From assembly GCA_951406725.2 (NCBI GenBank), contig OX597815.1, forward strand, positions 115,196,001 through 115,260,000: a stretch of 64,000 nucleotides of DNA, in the 5' to 3' direction. Positions 12,638 through 24,690 of this stretch are shown here, piece after piece. Source of the stretch: Octopus vulgaris (taxonomy: Eukaryota). How positions within the stretch are numbered: the first letter of the stretch is position 1; each line of letters opens with the position of its first letter. The position numbers were made by a program, and so were the translations under genes. The notes under the pieces were generated by a model. That model did no database searches, had not been told where the DNA came from, and saw only the letters and a list, made by a program, of their open reading frames with translations.

Positions 12638-13659
12638 TTCTAATGGCTAAGTCATTGCAGTTAGTTAATTTTAATTTGATTAACATTGGATTCATTACAA
12701 TAATCTCATGTCATGAGAGTAGTTAAGATCAATAATAGTACTATGCTACTGCTACAATATCATGAGATAGTTTTCTTTAAATACGTCTCTGTTCAAGGGG
12801 AAAAGGAATAACAGAGTTCAGAAATATGGCAATGTTTAACTCCAGATCAGATCTGATCTGGCAGAATTATCATCAAAGCCTTCCAGTTGTGGCCATCACA
12901 TTTTTTTACACATAATGTCTCTAAGTCTTAAATCATTCAGTGTCTCATTTGTTTTTATAACATGGTATTGTGTTGCTTGAGATTGATTTGGCAGATGTTA
13001 TTGTTGTTTAACCACAGGTCAGCATGAACCGAAGCAGGCTTATTCACCATTTAAGAGGTATCTAGTACTACATTATCCATTATTTCTATTGTTTTTAGGA
13101 TGGTGTGATTTGTTTTGAGAAAGATTTGATTTATTTTGTAATATTGTCGCTCACTCATTTTCATAAGATGTAGCACAAAATTTTCAAAAGGTTACAGCTT
13201 ATAACCTAATGTAGTCCAAAATGAAAATTTTCTTGATAAATTAAAATAAACATACACTGATGATTACCTGTGGATCAGTTCTAATTTACTTAGTTGATAA
13301 TTTAATATGATAATCAATAAGAGACTCCCTCTCGTTATCCTTGTTATTGCCATTGTCATTGTCCTCTTCTGCTTTGTCATTTTAGCATCCATAGTTCCAT
13401 GATTGCACGAATCAGATGAAATTCATTGAGGTAGATTTTCTACAATTGGATGTCCTTCTTATCATCAAACCATACTTTGTTTCCAAGCAAGGTAAAATTT
13501 GCCCATACCTGAACATGTTTGCATGGAAGATTGGAAACAAATTACACTACTTTGTTTGATAGCGAAACTGATTTGCAACTTTCATGCAACATCAAAACAA
13601 GGAGGTGTTTACGCACACACATGCATGTATATATATACATATATATACAAACATACATA

Positions 13660-13710
<51 letters not shown>

Positions 13711-13739
13711 TTATATATATATATATCATCATCATCATC

Positions 13740-13773
<34 letters not shown>

Positions 13774-13831
13774 ATATATATCATCATCATCATCATTTAG
13801 CGTCCGCTTTCCATGCTAGCATGGGTTGGAC

Positions 13832-14449
13832 GGTAATAATTTCTGTCGGCTTTTTTTTTTTTCGAGTAGCGTGCGTATTGTGAAAAATTATATGGTTATG
13901 GACAATATGTCCAATTTTCGGCATATTTGGCATTAGAAAATTTTTCGTTTGCCCTTATTTATAAGTTGTTTATAATTTTAACCGTTAAAGGTATTTTTTA
14001 ATATGCTGGCCATTGATAAAATTTTTTTCTTTTGAAAAAAATTTTATCCTGCATTAAATATAAATTTAAGTGTTCACTTCCGGACTCTCTCACTCTGTGA
14101 GAACCTTAGTTCAAATCGCATGTGTCTTGAATGGGCTGGAGTATTTCTATTTTGGATGTATTTGGGGTACTTAATTGTGCTCTTGACTTAGTGTTTTGCT
14201 TCTTCCATGGGTATGAGTAAGTATTTCATTTATTTCTTTGCCACATTTATCACTGATGAAGGGAGGGTTCTTATGAACTAACCCTGAAATCGGTCCGATA
14301 TGGTAATAATGGAATTTTTTAGAAATTTCTGTCGGCTTTTTTTTCGAGTAGTGTGCGTATTGTGAAAAATTATATGGTTATGGACAATATGTCCAATTTT
14401 CGGCATATTTGGCATTAGAAATTTTTTCGTTTGCCCTTATTTATAAGTT
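13832..14449 (+). mobile_element. Non-coding partial-tandem mini-element (Penelope pLTR/retrozyme-like) containing a hammerhead motif
   Basis: Near-identical terminal direct repeats 13832-13967 and 14302-14449 (period about 480 bp). A hammerhead lies just before the second repeat and the 3' end runs into (TA)n. CpGs are retained, suggesting a young insertion. Confidence 0.7.
14238..14306 (+). ncRNA. Type I hammerhead ribozyme motif
   Basis: CTGATGA (14253-59); stem II AGGG..GGTTC-ttat-GAACT..CCCT; GAAA (14286-89); short stem III T-CG-G then GTC (predicted cleavage after 14295); stem I TATC/GATA plus TTGCCA/TGGTAA around a bulge. One A-C mismatch next to the core. Confidence 0.7.
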
Positions 14450-14479
14450 ATATATATATATATATCATATATCATCTTC

Positions 14480-14860
14480 ATCATCATCATCATTTAACAT
14501 CCACTCTCTATGATGGCATGGGTTAGACAGTTTGATTAGAGCTGACAAGCCATAGGATTACACCAAGTTCCAATCTGATTTAGCATGGTTTCTACTGCTG
14601 GATTCCCTTCCTAACACCAACCACTCCAAGAATGTAATGGGTGATTTTTATGTGCCACCAGCACAGGCGCCATGTACATGACACTGGCAATGGCTATGAC
14701 TATGGTTTCACTTGGCTTAACGAGTCTTCTCAAGCACTGCATATTGCCAAAGGCCTTGGTTGCTTGTCATCACCTGTGTGAGGCCCAGTATCTGAAGATC
14801 ATGCTGCTGACAATGGCCATAACTATGATTTCCTGGGTGCCATTTACATGACACCAACAA
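14480..14860 (-). mobile_element. RTE LINE 3' tail fragment
   Basis: (cat)n-ttaacatccac..gcatgggttagacag..ctggattcccttcctaacaccaaccactcc, the reverse of the RTE tail. Confidence 0.8.
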
Positions 14861-14881
14861 TCGCCCCATATATATATATAT

Positions 14882-15272
14882 CTTTTACTCTTTTACTTTA
14901 TTCAGTCATGTGACTGTGGCCATGCTGGAGCACCGTCTTTAGTCGGGCAAATCGACGCTAGGACTTATTCTTTGTAAGCCTAGTACTTATTCTATCGGTC
15001 TCTTTTGCCAAACTGCTAGGTTACGGGGACATAAACACACCAGCATCGGTTGTCAAGTGATGTTGGGGGGTAAAACATAGACACACAAACATATACACAC
15101 ACATACATATATATACGATGGGCCTCTTTCAGTTTCCGTCTACCAAATCCACTCACAAGGCATTGGTCGGCCCGGGGCTATAGCAGAAGACACTTGCCCA
15201 AGATGCCACGCAGTGGGACTGAACCCGGAACCATGTGGTTGGTTAGCAAGCTACTTACCACACAGCCACTCC
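14882..15272 (-). mobile_element. Full-length tRNA-derived SINE, family 1 (resembles described Octopus OK/OR-type SINEs)
   Basis: Minus strand starts GGAGTGGCTGTGTGGTAAG (A box)..GGTTCAGTCCC (B box), has an internal (TA)(TG) tract and ends in (gtaaaaga)n. Near-identical to 20642-21043. Confidence 0.85.
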
Positions 15273-15400
15273 TCAATTGAATAAAGAATATAAAATCCTC
15301 TTAAAGGCATGTCAGCATCGAAGTTCACTGGTTTTATTCAGTGTCAGTGAAAAACCAAAGATGTTAGTTTCACCCTGATGGATATGGGTATAAGTTATTT

Positions 15401-15895
15401 AAGTAATAGAAAAAGAAAATAGAGAACCTGACATATAGACATCAATTTATTTGAACATATTCAATTCCGTACAATATCAAATTCTTTGCTCCTACAGCCG
15501 TTTCCATACCCAATTAATTCAATTTGAGGAATTAAATTAAATTAATTGAAATTTTCAAATCAGATATCATTAATTGGGTATTTCTTCAGGGAAAGAATTC
15601 AATAAAAAGAGGAGCTACTTTCAATGTGTTGGTTGACCCTTGACTGACTCAGGGTCAACCAGCACACTGAGTGTAGCTCCTTTTTTATTGAATTTTTTTC
15701 CCTGACGAAATACCCAATTAACGATATTCGATATCAAAATTTCAATTGATTTGATTTAATTTAATTCCTCAAATTGAATTATTTGGTCATGGAAACAGCT
15801 GTATGAGCAAAGAATTTGATATTGTACATAACTGAATATGTTCAAATAAATTGATGTCTATATGTCAGGTTCTCTATTTTCTTTTTCTATTACTT
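15401..15895. mobile_element. About 495-bp palindrome of two head-to-head hammerhead-bearing arms
   Basis: Arms of about 240 bp; the outer ~60 bp are perfect reverse complements; centre near 15645. Plus arm: CTGACGA (15702)...GAAAC-AGCT-GTA (15792-15803). Minus arm: CTGAAGA...GAAAC-GGCT-GTA. Confidence 0.75.
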
Positions 15896-15919
15896 GATAT
15901 TACTTAAATAATATATATA

Positions 15920-15955
<36 letters not shown>

Positions 15956-16019
15956 TGTATGTATGTATGTATGTATGTATATGTGTATGTATATATACAC
16001 ACACACATAGGATACATGT

Positions 16020-16420
16020 AATCATAATTGTGTGGTTAAGAAGTTTACTTCACAGCTGTATGGTCTTGCTTTCAGTGCTACTGCACAGTACAATGGGCAA
16101 GTGTCTTTCGTTATGTTCCCAGGTTGACTGATATCTTGTGAGTGAAATTGTGAAATTGTATGATGGAGTGCAGAAAAACCTACACACACGCTTGCGTATG
16201 TATGTGTATATATTTGTATGTGTGTATGTGCATATCTATATTTGAAGTTTTATCATTTGACACAAGTGTAGGTTTGTTTATGACCCCATAACTTAGCAGT
16301 CCAGCCAATAGGACAGGTAATAAGCTTAAAATAACTATTAGTCCTACAGTTTGATGAACCATAAAATCCTTCAAGGTGGTGTTCCCAGTGTTCCCGAAAC
16401 AAATAAAAGGATAAAAGGAA
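16020..16420 (+). mobile_element. Diverged SINE family 1 copy (another partial copy at about 16495-16630)
   Basis: tgtgtggttaagaagttt..gggcaagtgtctt..ttgtgagtgaaatt..internal TG tract..ccataacttagcagt..ccttcaaggtggtgttcccag. Confidence 0.6.
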
Positions 16421-17404
16421 GAATATATCTTCTTTTTAATATCACTCACATAATTTTGTGCATGATAATTTATTACCTTTGAATTTGTGGCACAGGTATA
16501 GCCTTGTGGTTAAGAATTTCACTTCATCAGTGTGTGGTTTAGGGTTCTATCTCCAAATGTCTTTTTTTCTGTCATAGCCTTAAGTCAAGCAAAGCCTTGT
16601 GAGTATAACTTAGTATCTCGAAACTGCATGGAAGATCATTGGTGGTTTTTAAGAGGCAGACTTAATCTGTCTCCTTGTTTAATACCACCAATTGGCTTTT
16701 GTAGCATGCAACAGAGTCTGGTGTGTTGCAGGTATTTGGGTCAGACTTCCTGATTGCTGCTTTTTCCTCATCTAATTAAATCATAAAAAAGAGGAAGAAA
16801 TTAAGAAAAAATCGAAAAAGGTTTCTGCTTGTTTACTGTGTTTGAAGCTAATATACTAAACCATTGTCTGTCGTAGGTCACCTGTATCAATTTACTTTCA
16901 CAAAATATCTATGCCAATCCTATTTCATAGATGAGTAGAGAATATTAAAAAAATGCATCCATTTTTTAATTAATTGCATCAAAAGTACATATGTAATAAT
17001 CCAATCTTTCCAAAAAATATACTGTGGAACAATGAATTCATATGTACTTCAGTTGTATAAGTTACTAGTATTTTTTAGCATAATTTTGCTGGTATCATAG
17101 GTAGCATTATTTTTGGGTGTTTGTATACCTTACCTAATATAATTTCAATTGTTTCTGCTGCTGGAATGTTAGTAAAAAAAACTTTCTACAACTACATGTA
17201 CCAGGTTCCAGTCTGTTTTGGCTTGGTTTCTACAGATGATTGCCCTCCCTAATGCCAACCACACTACAATGTGTACCAGGTGCCTTTTATGTGTCAAACC
17301 AAAACAGATTGGAGCCTGATGCAGTTCTCCAGCTTACCAGTTCCAATCAAACCATCTAACCCATGCCAGCATGGAAAATGGATGCTAAATGATGATGATG
17401 ATGA

Positions 17405-18482
17405 ATAAACACATTGAAAGATGTTGAGAAATTAAGAGGATCTATAGAACAAGTCAGTACTAAAATTAAACATACTATAAAAAAGTTATACTAAGATTAC
17501 ATCATTTCTAAATATAAGCATTCAAGTTAAAACAATAGAAATATGACATTGATTTACACAAACAAATACATACGGTTGCATGGAGATGGCAAAAGCCTGC
17601 TGCATAACTACAAAATGTCAGTGATAAAATTCCTGCTCAGTAGAGTATTTTGTTTCTCTTCCACAAATGAAATGCCGGTAAAGATATCATAGAATAAAAC
17701 AAGCACTAATTAAGAAAAGTTAATCAAACAGACAGGGAGACTAAGCCATCGATGATTATAAACAGTATTAAAAAAAACGTCACCCTTTTCAAACTTAGCC
17801 AGGCTCATGGGTCCAGTTTCCCAGTTTCTGTGGCGTATGTGTTCCCCCAGGTGGACGGGACGTCAGTCCATCGCAGCGTTACTCAAGAAACAGGAAGAGA
17901 GAGTAAGAGAAAGTTGTGGCGAAAGAGTACAACAGGGGTCGCTACCATCCCCTGTCAGAGCCTTGTGGAACTTTTAGGTGTTTTCGCTCAATAAACACAC
18001 ACAACACCTGGTCTGAGAATCAAAATCATGATCCTCCGACCGCGAGTCCGCTGTCCTAACCACTGGGCCATTACGCCTCCACATAAACAGTATTACAATG
18101 CAATAAATATATTAGACAGTATCCCAATAAAAAATACACATATGACACATAAAGTGCATTATATTAATTAAATGTATATCAGGTACAGAAAAGATAAACA
18201 CAATCAAATGACCCAAATGGAATACAAAACCACAAACTGATACTGGTAATATATTGCAAAAACAAGATCAGAAACCTTACTAACAACATATCACAAGCAT
18301 GGAAACCCAAGAACAAACTAAGAAAGATCTATGCAATTTATGAAGCTGTGAAAATTGAAAGCTGGAAACTTCATGATTCCAACTGTTACATTGGCCAGAC
18401 ATGTATAATTCTCTCCTGGAAGCTCACCATGCATTTAACACCAGAAGCAATTGCAACACACAACACCATAAAACAAAGTTAA
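17405..18482 (+). pseudogene. Decayed Penelope-like element ORF (RT thumb + GIY-YIG endonuclease), split by a SINE
   Basis: ..YKMSVIKFLLSRVFCFSST..RIKQALIK.. (17.6-17.72k) resembles the PLE RT thumb. ..LILVIYCKNK.. and ..AIYEAV..NCYIGQTCIILSWKLTMHL..AI..H (18330-18480) resemble the PLE GIY-YIG domain (IY...YIGQT...L.RRL.MH). Many stops and frameshifts. Confidence 0.65.
17771..18082 (-). mobile_element. tRNA-derived SINE, family 3, with 13-bp TSD
   Basis: Minus strand head GTGGAGGCGTAATGGCCCAGTGGTTAGG..; TSD ATAAACAGTATTA at 17758-17770 and 18083-18095. Related copies at about 26.28k, 33.42k, 38.27-38.5k, 44.47-44.65k, 47.33-47.5k. Confidence 0.8.
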
Positions 18483-18656
18483 ATAATATGAGTATGTGTA
18501 TGAATTTAAATGTGTAGCTTGTCTTTAATTATTAATGTCTTTTCAATGAGGCTATATTATTGCTTTGAACTTGAATTTATTCATCTTTGCAGAGCACTCT
18601 TCAAAGCTTTAAAAAACATTTTTGGAACATTTGTAAGCAATAATATTTCTAAAATC

Positions 18657-18701
<45 letters not shown>

Positions 18702-18739
18702 AAATTGCTGTCTTCCACACATACAACTTTGTCCTCTCA

Positions 18740-19020
18740 GGTGCTCATGCCACTTGAAAGCACCTGTACCAGTGCTGTGTTAATGCACTCATGTCAGTGC
18801 TGCATTAATGCACCTATGCCAGTGCTGCATTAGCCCACCTTAGCCAGTGGCACATAAAATGCACCTGGTACACTCTGTTAAATGGCTGATATTAGGAAGG
18901 ACGTCCAACGGTAGAAACCATGTCACAACAGACAATTGGAGTCTGGACAGCTTTGCTCCATGTCAAACCAATCCAACTCATGCCAGCATGGAAAGTAGAT
19001 ATTAAATGATGATGATGATA
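18740..19020 (+). mobile_element. RTE LINE 3' tail with internal short tandem units
   Basis: (cagtgctgcattaatgcacc)-like units, then attaggaagg..catgccagcatggaaagtagatattaaa(tga)n. Confidence 0.7.
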
Positions 19021-19031
19021 TACACACACGT

Positions 19032-19087
<56 letters not shown>

Positions 19088-19100
19088 ACACACAAAGACA

Positions 19101-19134
<34 letters not shown>

Positions 19135-19934
19135 ATCCTCATCTTGTCCAGAATTTCAATCTTCTGGTAGTGTCCAGAGAAGTGCAACCAGAAAACTACT
19201 TTCTGTCAGTTACTCACCATGTCTTGAGCATACTACCTCTTTGAGTATCCAATACACTTAAGTCTCAATGTCTAGCAGCTGACTTGACAGAAACTCACAA
19301 GATTATCCATTATCTTTCCAACAATATTTTTAACCACCTTTTTGAATTCTACCACTTGTAGTCATACTAATTAAATCAAAAACTAGTCACCCCAAGTCAG
19401 TTCTGATCCAACAGACCTAAGTTCAAAGACATTCCAGCTGTGACCATCCTATCTTTTTTCAAGCATAATGTCTCTAGGACTACATCATCATAATGTCCTT
19501 CATTATTTAAGATGATAGGATGTGATATGATGTCAATTTAAGCTGTTATTTCTAGCAAGTCCTGCTTGTTACTGTTGTCTTTGACATAGCTGTTAAGCCC
19601 CAAGTCAGTTTGATTGGAAGCTTACAAACAATGACCACATAATCAAATTATTTACAGACATTACCAGAAGCTTCCAACAATGGCCTTATCCTCAATTTAA
19701 AAAAAAAATATCATCAGAAGTTTACCAGCAATGATCATGCCTTCAATTTTCTTTAGACATTGTTAGAAGCATTCCTACAATGACCTCACCATTGACTTTT
19801 CCAGACATATAATATGGACACACATCAGTTTCTAACAAAAACCAAACCATTGGTTTCTTTCCCTGATAACATTCTTTTGTGACCTTTTGTTAATTTTTTT
19901 ACTAATACACACACATGCACACACACATGTATAT

Positions 19935-20111
19935 ATGATGATGTGCTGCAAATTTGGATTTGAGTAAAAGGAAACATGAGAGGATCAATTAATTATGATT
20001 TTATTCAACATATTCCCCTCTCAGATTCATACACTTATTGCAGTTGTCCTTCAGTTTTTCTAAGCTCTGTAAAAGAACTTGGAAGGTTAGTCTTTTTAGC
20101 ACCCCCTTGTA
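19935..20111. mobile_element. Mariner-type MITE (second copy about 21112-21285)
   Basis: Both copies share ttaattatgattttattcaa.ata..cc.tctcagattca.a.acttatt; termini resemble gggggtgct.aaaag / ctttttagcacccc; TA flanks. Confidence 0.55.
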
Positions 20112-20584
20112 TTGTGTAATTTGAGGGACATTTGTCCTGCTATTTATTGCAGATCATGTATCCTTGTAGAAGCACCTTTGTTGACAAGTGGTTGTGAGTT
20201 CAGGTCCAAAATTATATGTGTGGGTAGTTCATTGCATCTATGTCAAGGACACACTCTAAATTTATTATGTGATGATTTTTATCTGGCTGCTTGCAACAGG
20301 AACTAGACTTCCTATGAATGGTATGTACAATACACTGATGTCTCTGTCACTGTGGAATGGTGGAACTAAGTTTAACTGAGATCATGATAATATTGCAAGT
20401 TTTAGAGGAACTTACTTATTGCTATGGAGAGCATGACAGGCCAGTCTAGTCAGTGACTGTTTGTGACATTATTTAAAATTAAATTACTCCTAAATTCCAA
20501 GTGGCTTTTAAGAGCTGGTGCTTAGTACCAGTGTCTTTGTTTCATTGTGTTTGTTGTGTGTGAGTGTGTGCCTGTGTACATATG

Positions 20585-20629
<45 letters not shown>

Positions 20630-20641
20630 TATATATACATA

Positions 20642-21043
20642 GGAGTGGCTGTGTGGTAAGTAGCTTGCTAACCAACCACATGGTTCCGGGTTCAGTCCCA
20701 CTGCGTGGCATCTTGGGCAAGTGTCTTCTGCTATAGCCCCGGGCCGACCAATGCCTTGTGAGTGGATTTGGTAGACGGAAACTGAAAGAAGCCTCTCGTA
20801 TATATGTATATATATGTGTGTGTGTGTTTGTGTGTCTGTGTTTGTCCCCCTAGCATTGCTTGACAACTGATGCTGGTGTGTCTACGTCCCCGCCACTTAG
20901 CGGTTCGGCAAAAGAGACCGATAGAATAAGTACTGGGCTTACAAAGAATAAGTTCCGGGGTCAATTTGATCGACTAAAGGCAGTGCTCCAGCTTGGCCGC
21001 AGTCAAATGACTGAAACAAGTAAAAGAGTAAAGAGAGTAAAGA
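20642..21043 (+). mobile_element. Full-length young SINE family 1
   Basis: GGAGTGGCTGTGTGGTAAGTAGCTTGC..GGTTCAGTCCCACTGCG..internal microsatellite..gtaaaagagtaaaagagagtaaa tail. CpGs intact. Confidence 0.85.
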
Positions 21044-21091
<48 letters not shown>

Positions 21092-21543
21092 TTGTGTATG
21101 TATATGAATATACAAGGAAGTGCTGAAAAGTCCCTGGATTTGGGCAAAAGATCAGTTAATTATGATTTTATTCAAAATATCTCCCTCTCAGATTCACATA
21201 CTTATTGTAACGGTCCTTCAGGTTTTCTAAGCCCAGTAAAAGAACTCAGAATGTTGGGCCTCTGACCAGGCCTTTCACAATACTGAAATATATATATATA
21301 TATATATGTATATGAATGTATATATATGAATGTATGTATACATATATATATCATGTATATGTATCATATTTATCTGTGTGTGTGTGTGTGTTTGTGTGTA
21401 CATACAAACTTGTTACCAGTTCAAATATGCCTGAGGCATATTCAAACCTGTTAGAAAGCCATTTACAGTATTTTGTCACATACTTTCTCACTGTAGACAA
21501 ATAGGTGTAAATGCAGCAAGTCAGTTCTGAGCATTACCTAACC

Positions 21544-21631
<88 letters not shown>

Positions 21632-21635
<4 letters not shown>

Positions 21636-22008
21636 TCATCATCATCATCATCATCATCGTTTAACGTCCGCTTTCCATGCTAGCATGGGTTGGACTGTTC
21701 AACTGGAGTCTGGCAAGCCCGAAGGCTGCACCAGGCCAGTCAGATCTGGCAGTGTTTCTACAGCTGGATGCCCTTCCTAACGCCAACCACTCCGAGAGTG
21801 TAGTGGGTGATTTTATGTGCCACCGACACAGGTGCCAGACGAGGCTGGCTGACGGCCACGCTCGGATGGTGTTTTCTTATGTGTCACCGACACAGGTGCC
21901 AGGTGAAGCTGGCGGACGGCCACGCTCAGATGGTGTTTGTTACGTGCCCTCAGCACGGAGGCCAGTCGTTGCGGTACTGGCTACGGTCACGTTTGGATGG
22001 TTTTCTTA
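21632..22008 (-). mobile_element. RTE LINE 3' UTR with tandem subrepeats
   Basis: (cat)n-cgtttaacgtccgctttccatgctagcatgggttgg.. followed by repeated ..tgtgccaccgacac.. units. Confidence 0.85.
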
Positions 22009-22010
22009 TG

Positions 22011-22061
<51 letters not shown>

Positions 22062-22302
22062 TAATAAAAGTGAATGGTTTATACTTGGTAGCTTTCTGGT
22101 AAAGCACGTTCACTCTCATAGTGTTCATTGTGTATTTGGTTGTTAAGTATCCCACCTGTGAGGGATTGATGCAAGATGGGTTGAAACAATTGTAGTAATT
22201 ACTAAAAATTCTCATATATGTATGTATGTATGTATGTACGTACGTATGTATGTATGTATGTATGTATGTATGTATGTATGTATGTATGTATGTATGTATG
22301 TA

Positions 22303-22342
<40 letters not shown>

Positions 22343-22507
22343 TGTTTCCTCTTCCTTACTACTTTCTCCTACCATTTTCTCTCAATAATGAACCTATGCA
22401 ACTCTGATAAAAACTTGCTCAGATCTTAACAGACTGTTCAGTCCATGAAGGTATGGGAAGCAGACATAAATACTGATCACATACATACATATAAACATGC
22501 ATAGATG

Positions 22508-22598
<91 letters not shown>

Positions 22599-22611
22599 AC
22601 ACACACACATA

Positions 22612-23140
22612 CAGGGTGTCCCAAAATAATTGACATCATTTCATTGTCTAATATCATAGCCAATTCTTGAACAAATGATCTCAAATTTTAACAAAATGTG
22701 TAAAACCTAAAATTGGATCAGGCATGCCAATGATAATGACATTCTGCTGTTGAAATGATCACCATATTCACCTTGATATTTTCTATGGGGTTATGTGGCA
22801 GGACTGGTCTATATCCCTACTCCTCTTACAAGCCTAGAAGAACCTAAGCAGAAAATCACTGAGGTGCTGGAAAATGTTATGCAAGACATGCTATAGTGTG
22901 CTTGGTAGGAGTTGGCCTACCAATTTGACATGTGTCGTGTCACAGGCCATGCTCATATTGAACATTTGTGAAGCTTTATGAAATCAATTATAAAATCTAT
23001 GTCCCTTTGAATCTCTTGTTCAAGTTTTAATAAATAAATCTTGTATTTTTCAACATAAAGTCTATTTAATTTCATTTGCTTCAGACATGTAGTTACTCAG
23101 ACATTCACATTTCAAATGATGTCAATTTTTGGGGACACCC

Positions 23141-23142
<2 letters not shown>
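22612..23142 (+). mobile_element. Internally deleted Tc1/mariner-superfamily transposon
   Basis: TIRs CAGGGTGTCCCAAAATAATTGACATCATT / AATGATGTCAATTTTTGGGGACACCCT with TA flanks. Internal remnant ..FLWGYV..LVY....TSLEE.KQKITE.LENV.QDML..ELAYQFDMCRVTGHAHIEHL, typical of a transposase C-terminus. Confidence 0.8.
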
Positions 23143-23172
<30 letters not shown>

Positions 23173-24026
23173 TAGAAGAGTATTGAGTCTTTACTACTTG
23201 ATTCACCTTATGATGATGGTATATAAATTGTGATATAAAACAAGTGATATAAATATGTTGGTTTATATATTTAGCTAATATTTCTTTTTTCTTTCTGTTT
23301 TTTTTTTTTTTATTTCCATCTGTTGGAATTGCTTCATCAATGAAGAGATGTTGTTTTTCTAATAGCTAAAGGTCTTAGACAATATTGTCAAGGAAATTCT
23401 TTGTGTTCCTGAATGTGAAACATGGTCACTACCACACCTTGAGATATTTTGTGGTATATATGTTTGTATTACTTTTTTTCTATGCATATTCTGTAATGCT
23501 TGTGTAGTAAGGCACAAAGAAGCCAGTGCCATTTTGAAACAGCAACATCTCACCTGCAACCATTGCCATACATGAGACAAAAACCAGATCTCACCTGCAA
23601 CCACCATTTAAGGAAAAGACAACAACATTTTTCCTCCCATTCTTCTCACACTGATGCTGAGCAAGACTTTGAAGCCAGGAGCTCACAGCAGACTTTTGTT
23701 CCACTGTAATACCACATGCATTGTCTCCAGAGGTTATTGAACCTCATGTGTATGGGAGAGAAGGCTAACTATGCACTGCTGTGAAGATGGTTACTGAAAG
23801 CAAACCCCTTGTATGAAGCACCTGTGAATAAACAATTATTGAATTTACTCTGTCTGAGAACTTCATTCTTCCTATTTCCAGCTCCTTGAATCAACAGAAT
23901 AATTGTAATAGAAGAAGATACTCCAAAAGTATCATAAAAACCTTCCTTCCATTATACTTATATAGTTTGCTCCATTGATGTTAGTTCTGTTAGTTTTAGT
24001 TTTTTAATATTGTCTATTATTAATAA

Positions 24027-24690
24027 AGGGGTGAGCTGGCAGAATTATTAGCACACTGATAAAATACTTAGTGGCATTCCAGTCACCTTTATGTTCTGAG
24101 TTCAAATTCCATTGAGGTTGACTTTTCCTTTCATCCTTTTGGGGGTTGATAAACTAAGTACCTGTTGAGTACTAAGATCAATGTAATCGACCTACACCTT
24201 AGCTCGAAATTGCTGGCCTTCTGTCAAAATTTATTGTCTATTATTATTATTATTATTATTATCATTATTATTATTTATGCATCCTAAGGTGGGGAACTGG
24301 CAGAGTCATTAGTGCTTTGGACAAAATGCTAATTTGCTTTTCTTCTGGCTCTTTATGTTCTAAATTCAAATTCTTCCAAGGCTGACTTTGTCTTTCATCC
24401 TTTCAAGGTCAATAAAAAAAAAGAAAATAAGTACCAGCCAAAAACCAGGGCCAATCTAATGAACTTGCCCCCTCCCCTCAAAATTGCTGATCTTATGCCA
24501 AAATTAGATAGAATAAGGCAGTGTACTAGCAGAATTATTAGCGTGCTGAATAAAATGCATAATGACACTTGTTTTGGCCTTATGCTCAGAGTTTAAATAC
24601 CGTTGAGACCAACTTTGAGGTCAATAAAATGTTGAGCACTTGGGGGGGGGGGATCTCCTTGACAAGACATTTCCTAAAAATGTCATACTT
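24027..24690 (+). mobile_element. Three tandem copies of SINE family 2 (further copy 25043-25240)
   Basis: Each begins ggggtgagctggcagaat..gagttcaaatt..gactttgcctttcatcc..aaataagtacc. The first has TSD attgtctattatta (24009/24233). (ATT)n separates the first two. Confidence 0.75.

Noticed and set aside
20642-20715. tRNA gene at SINE heads (A and B boxes)
   Set aside because: No complete cloverleaf or terminator; it continues into a multi-copy SINE body.
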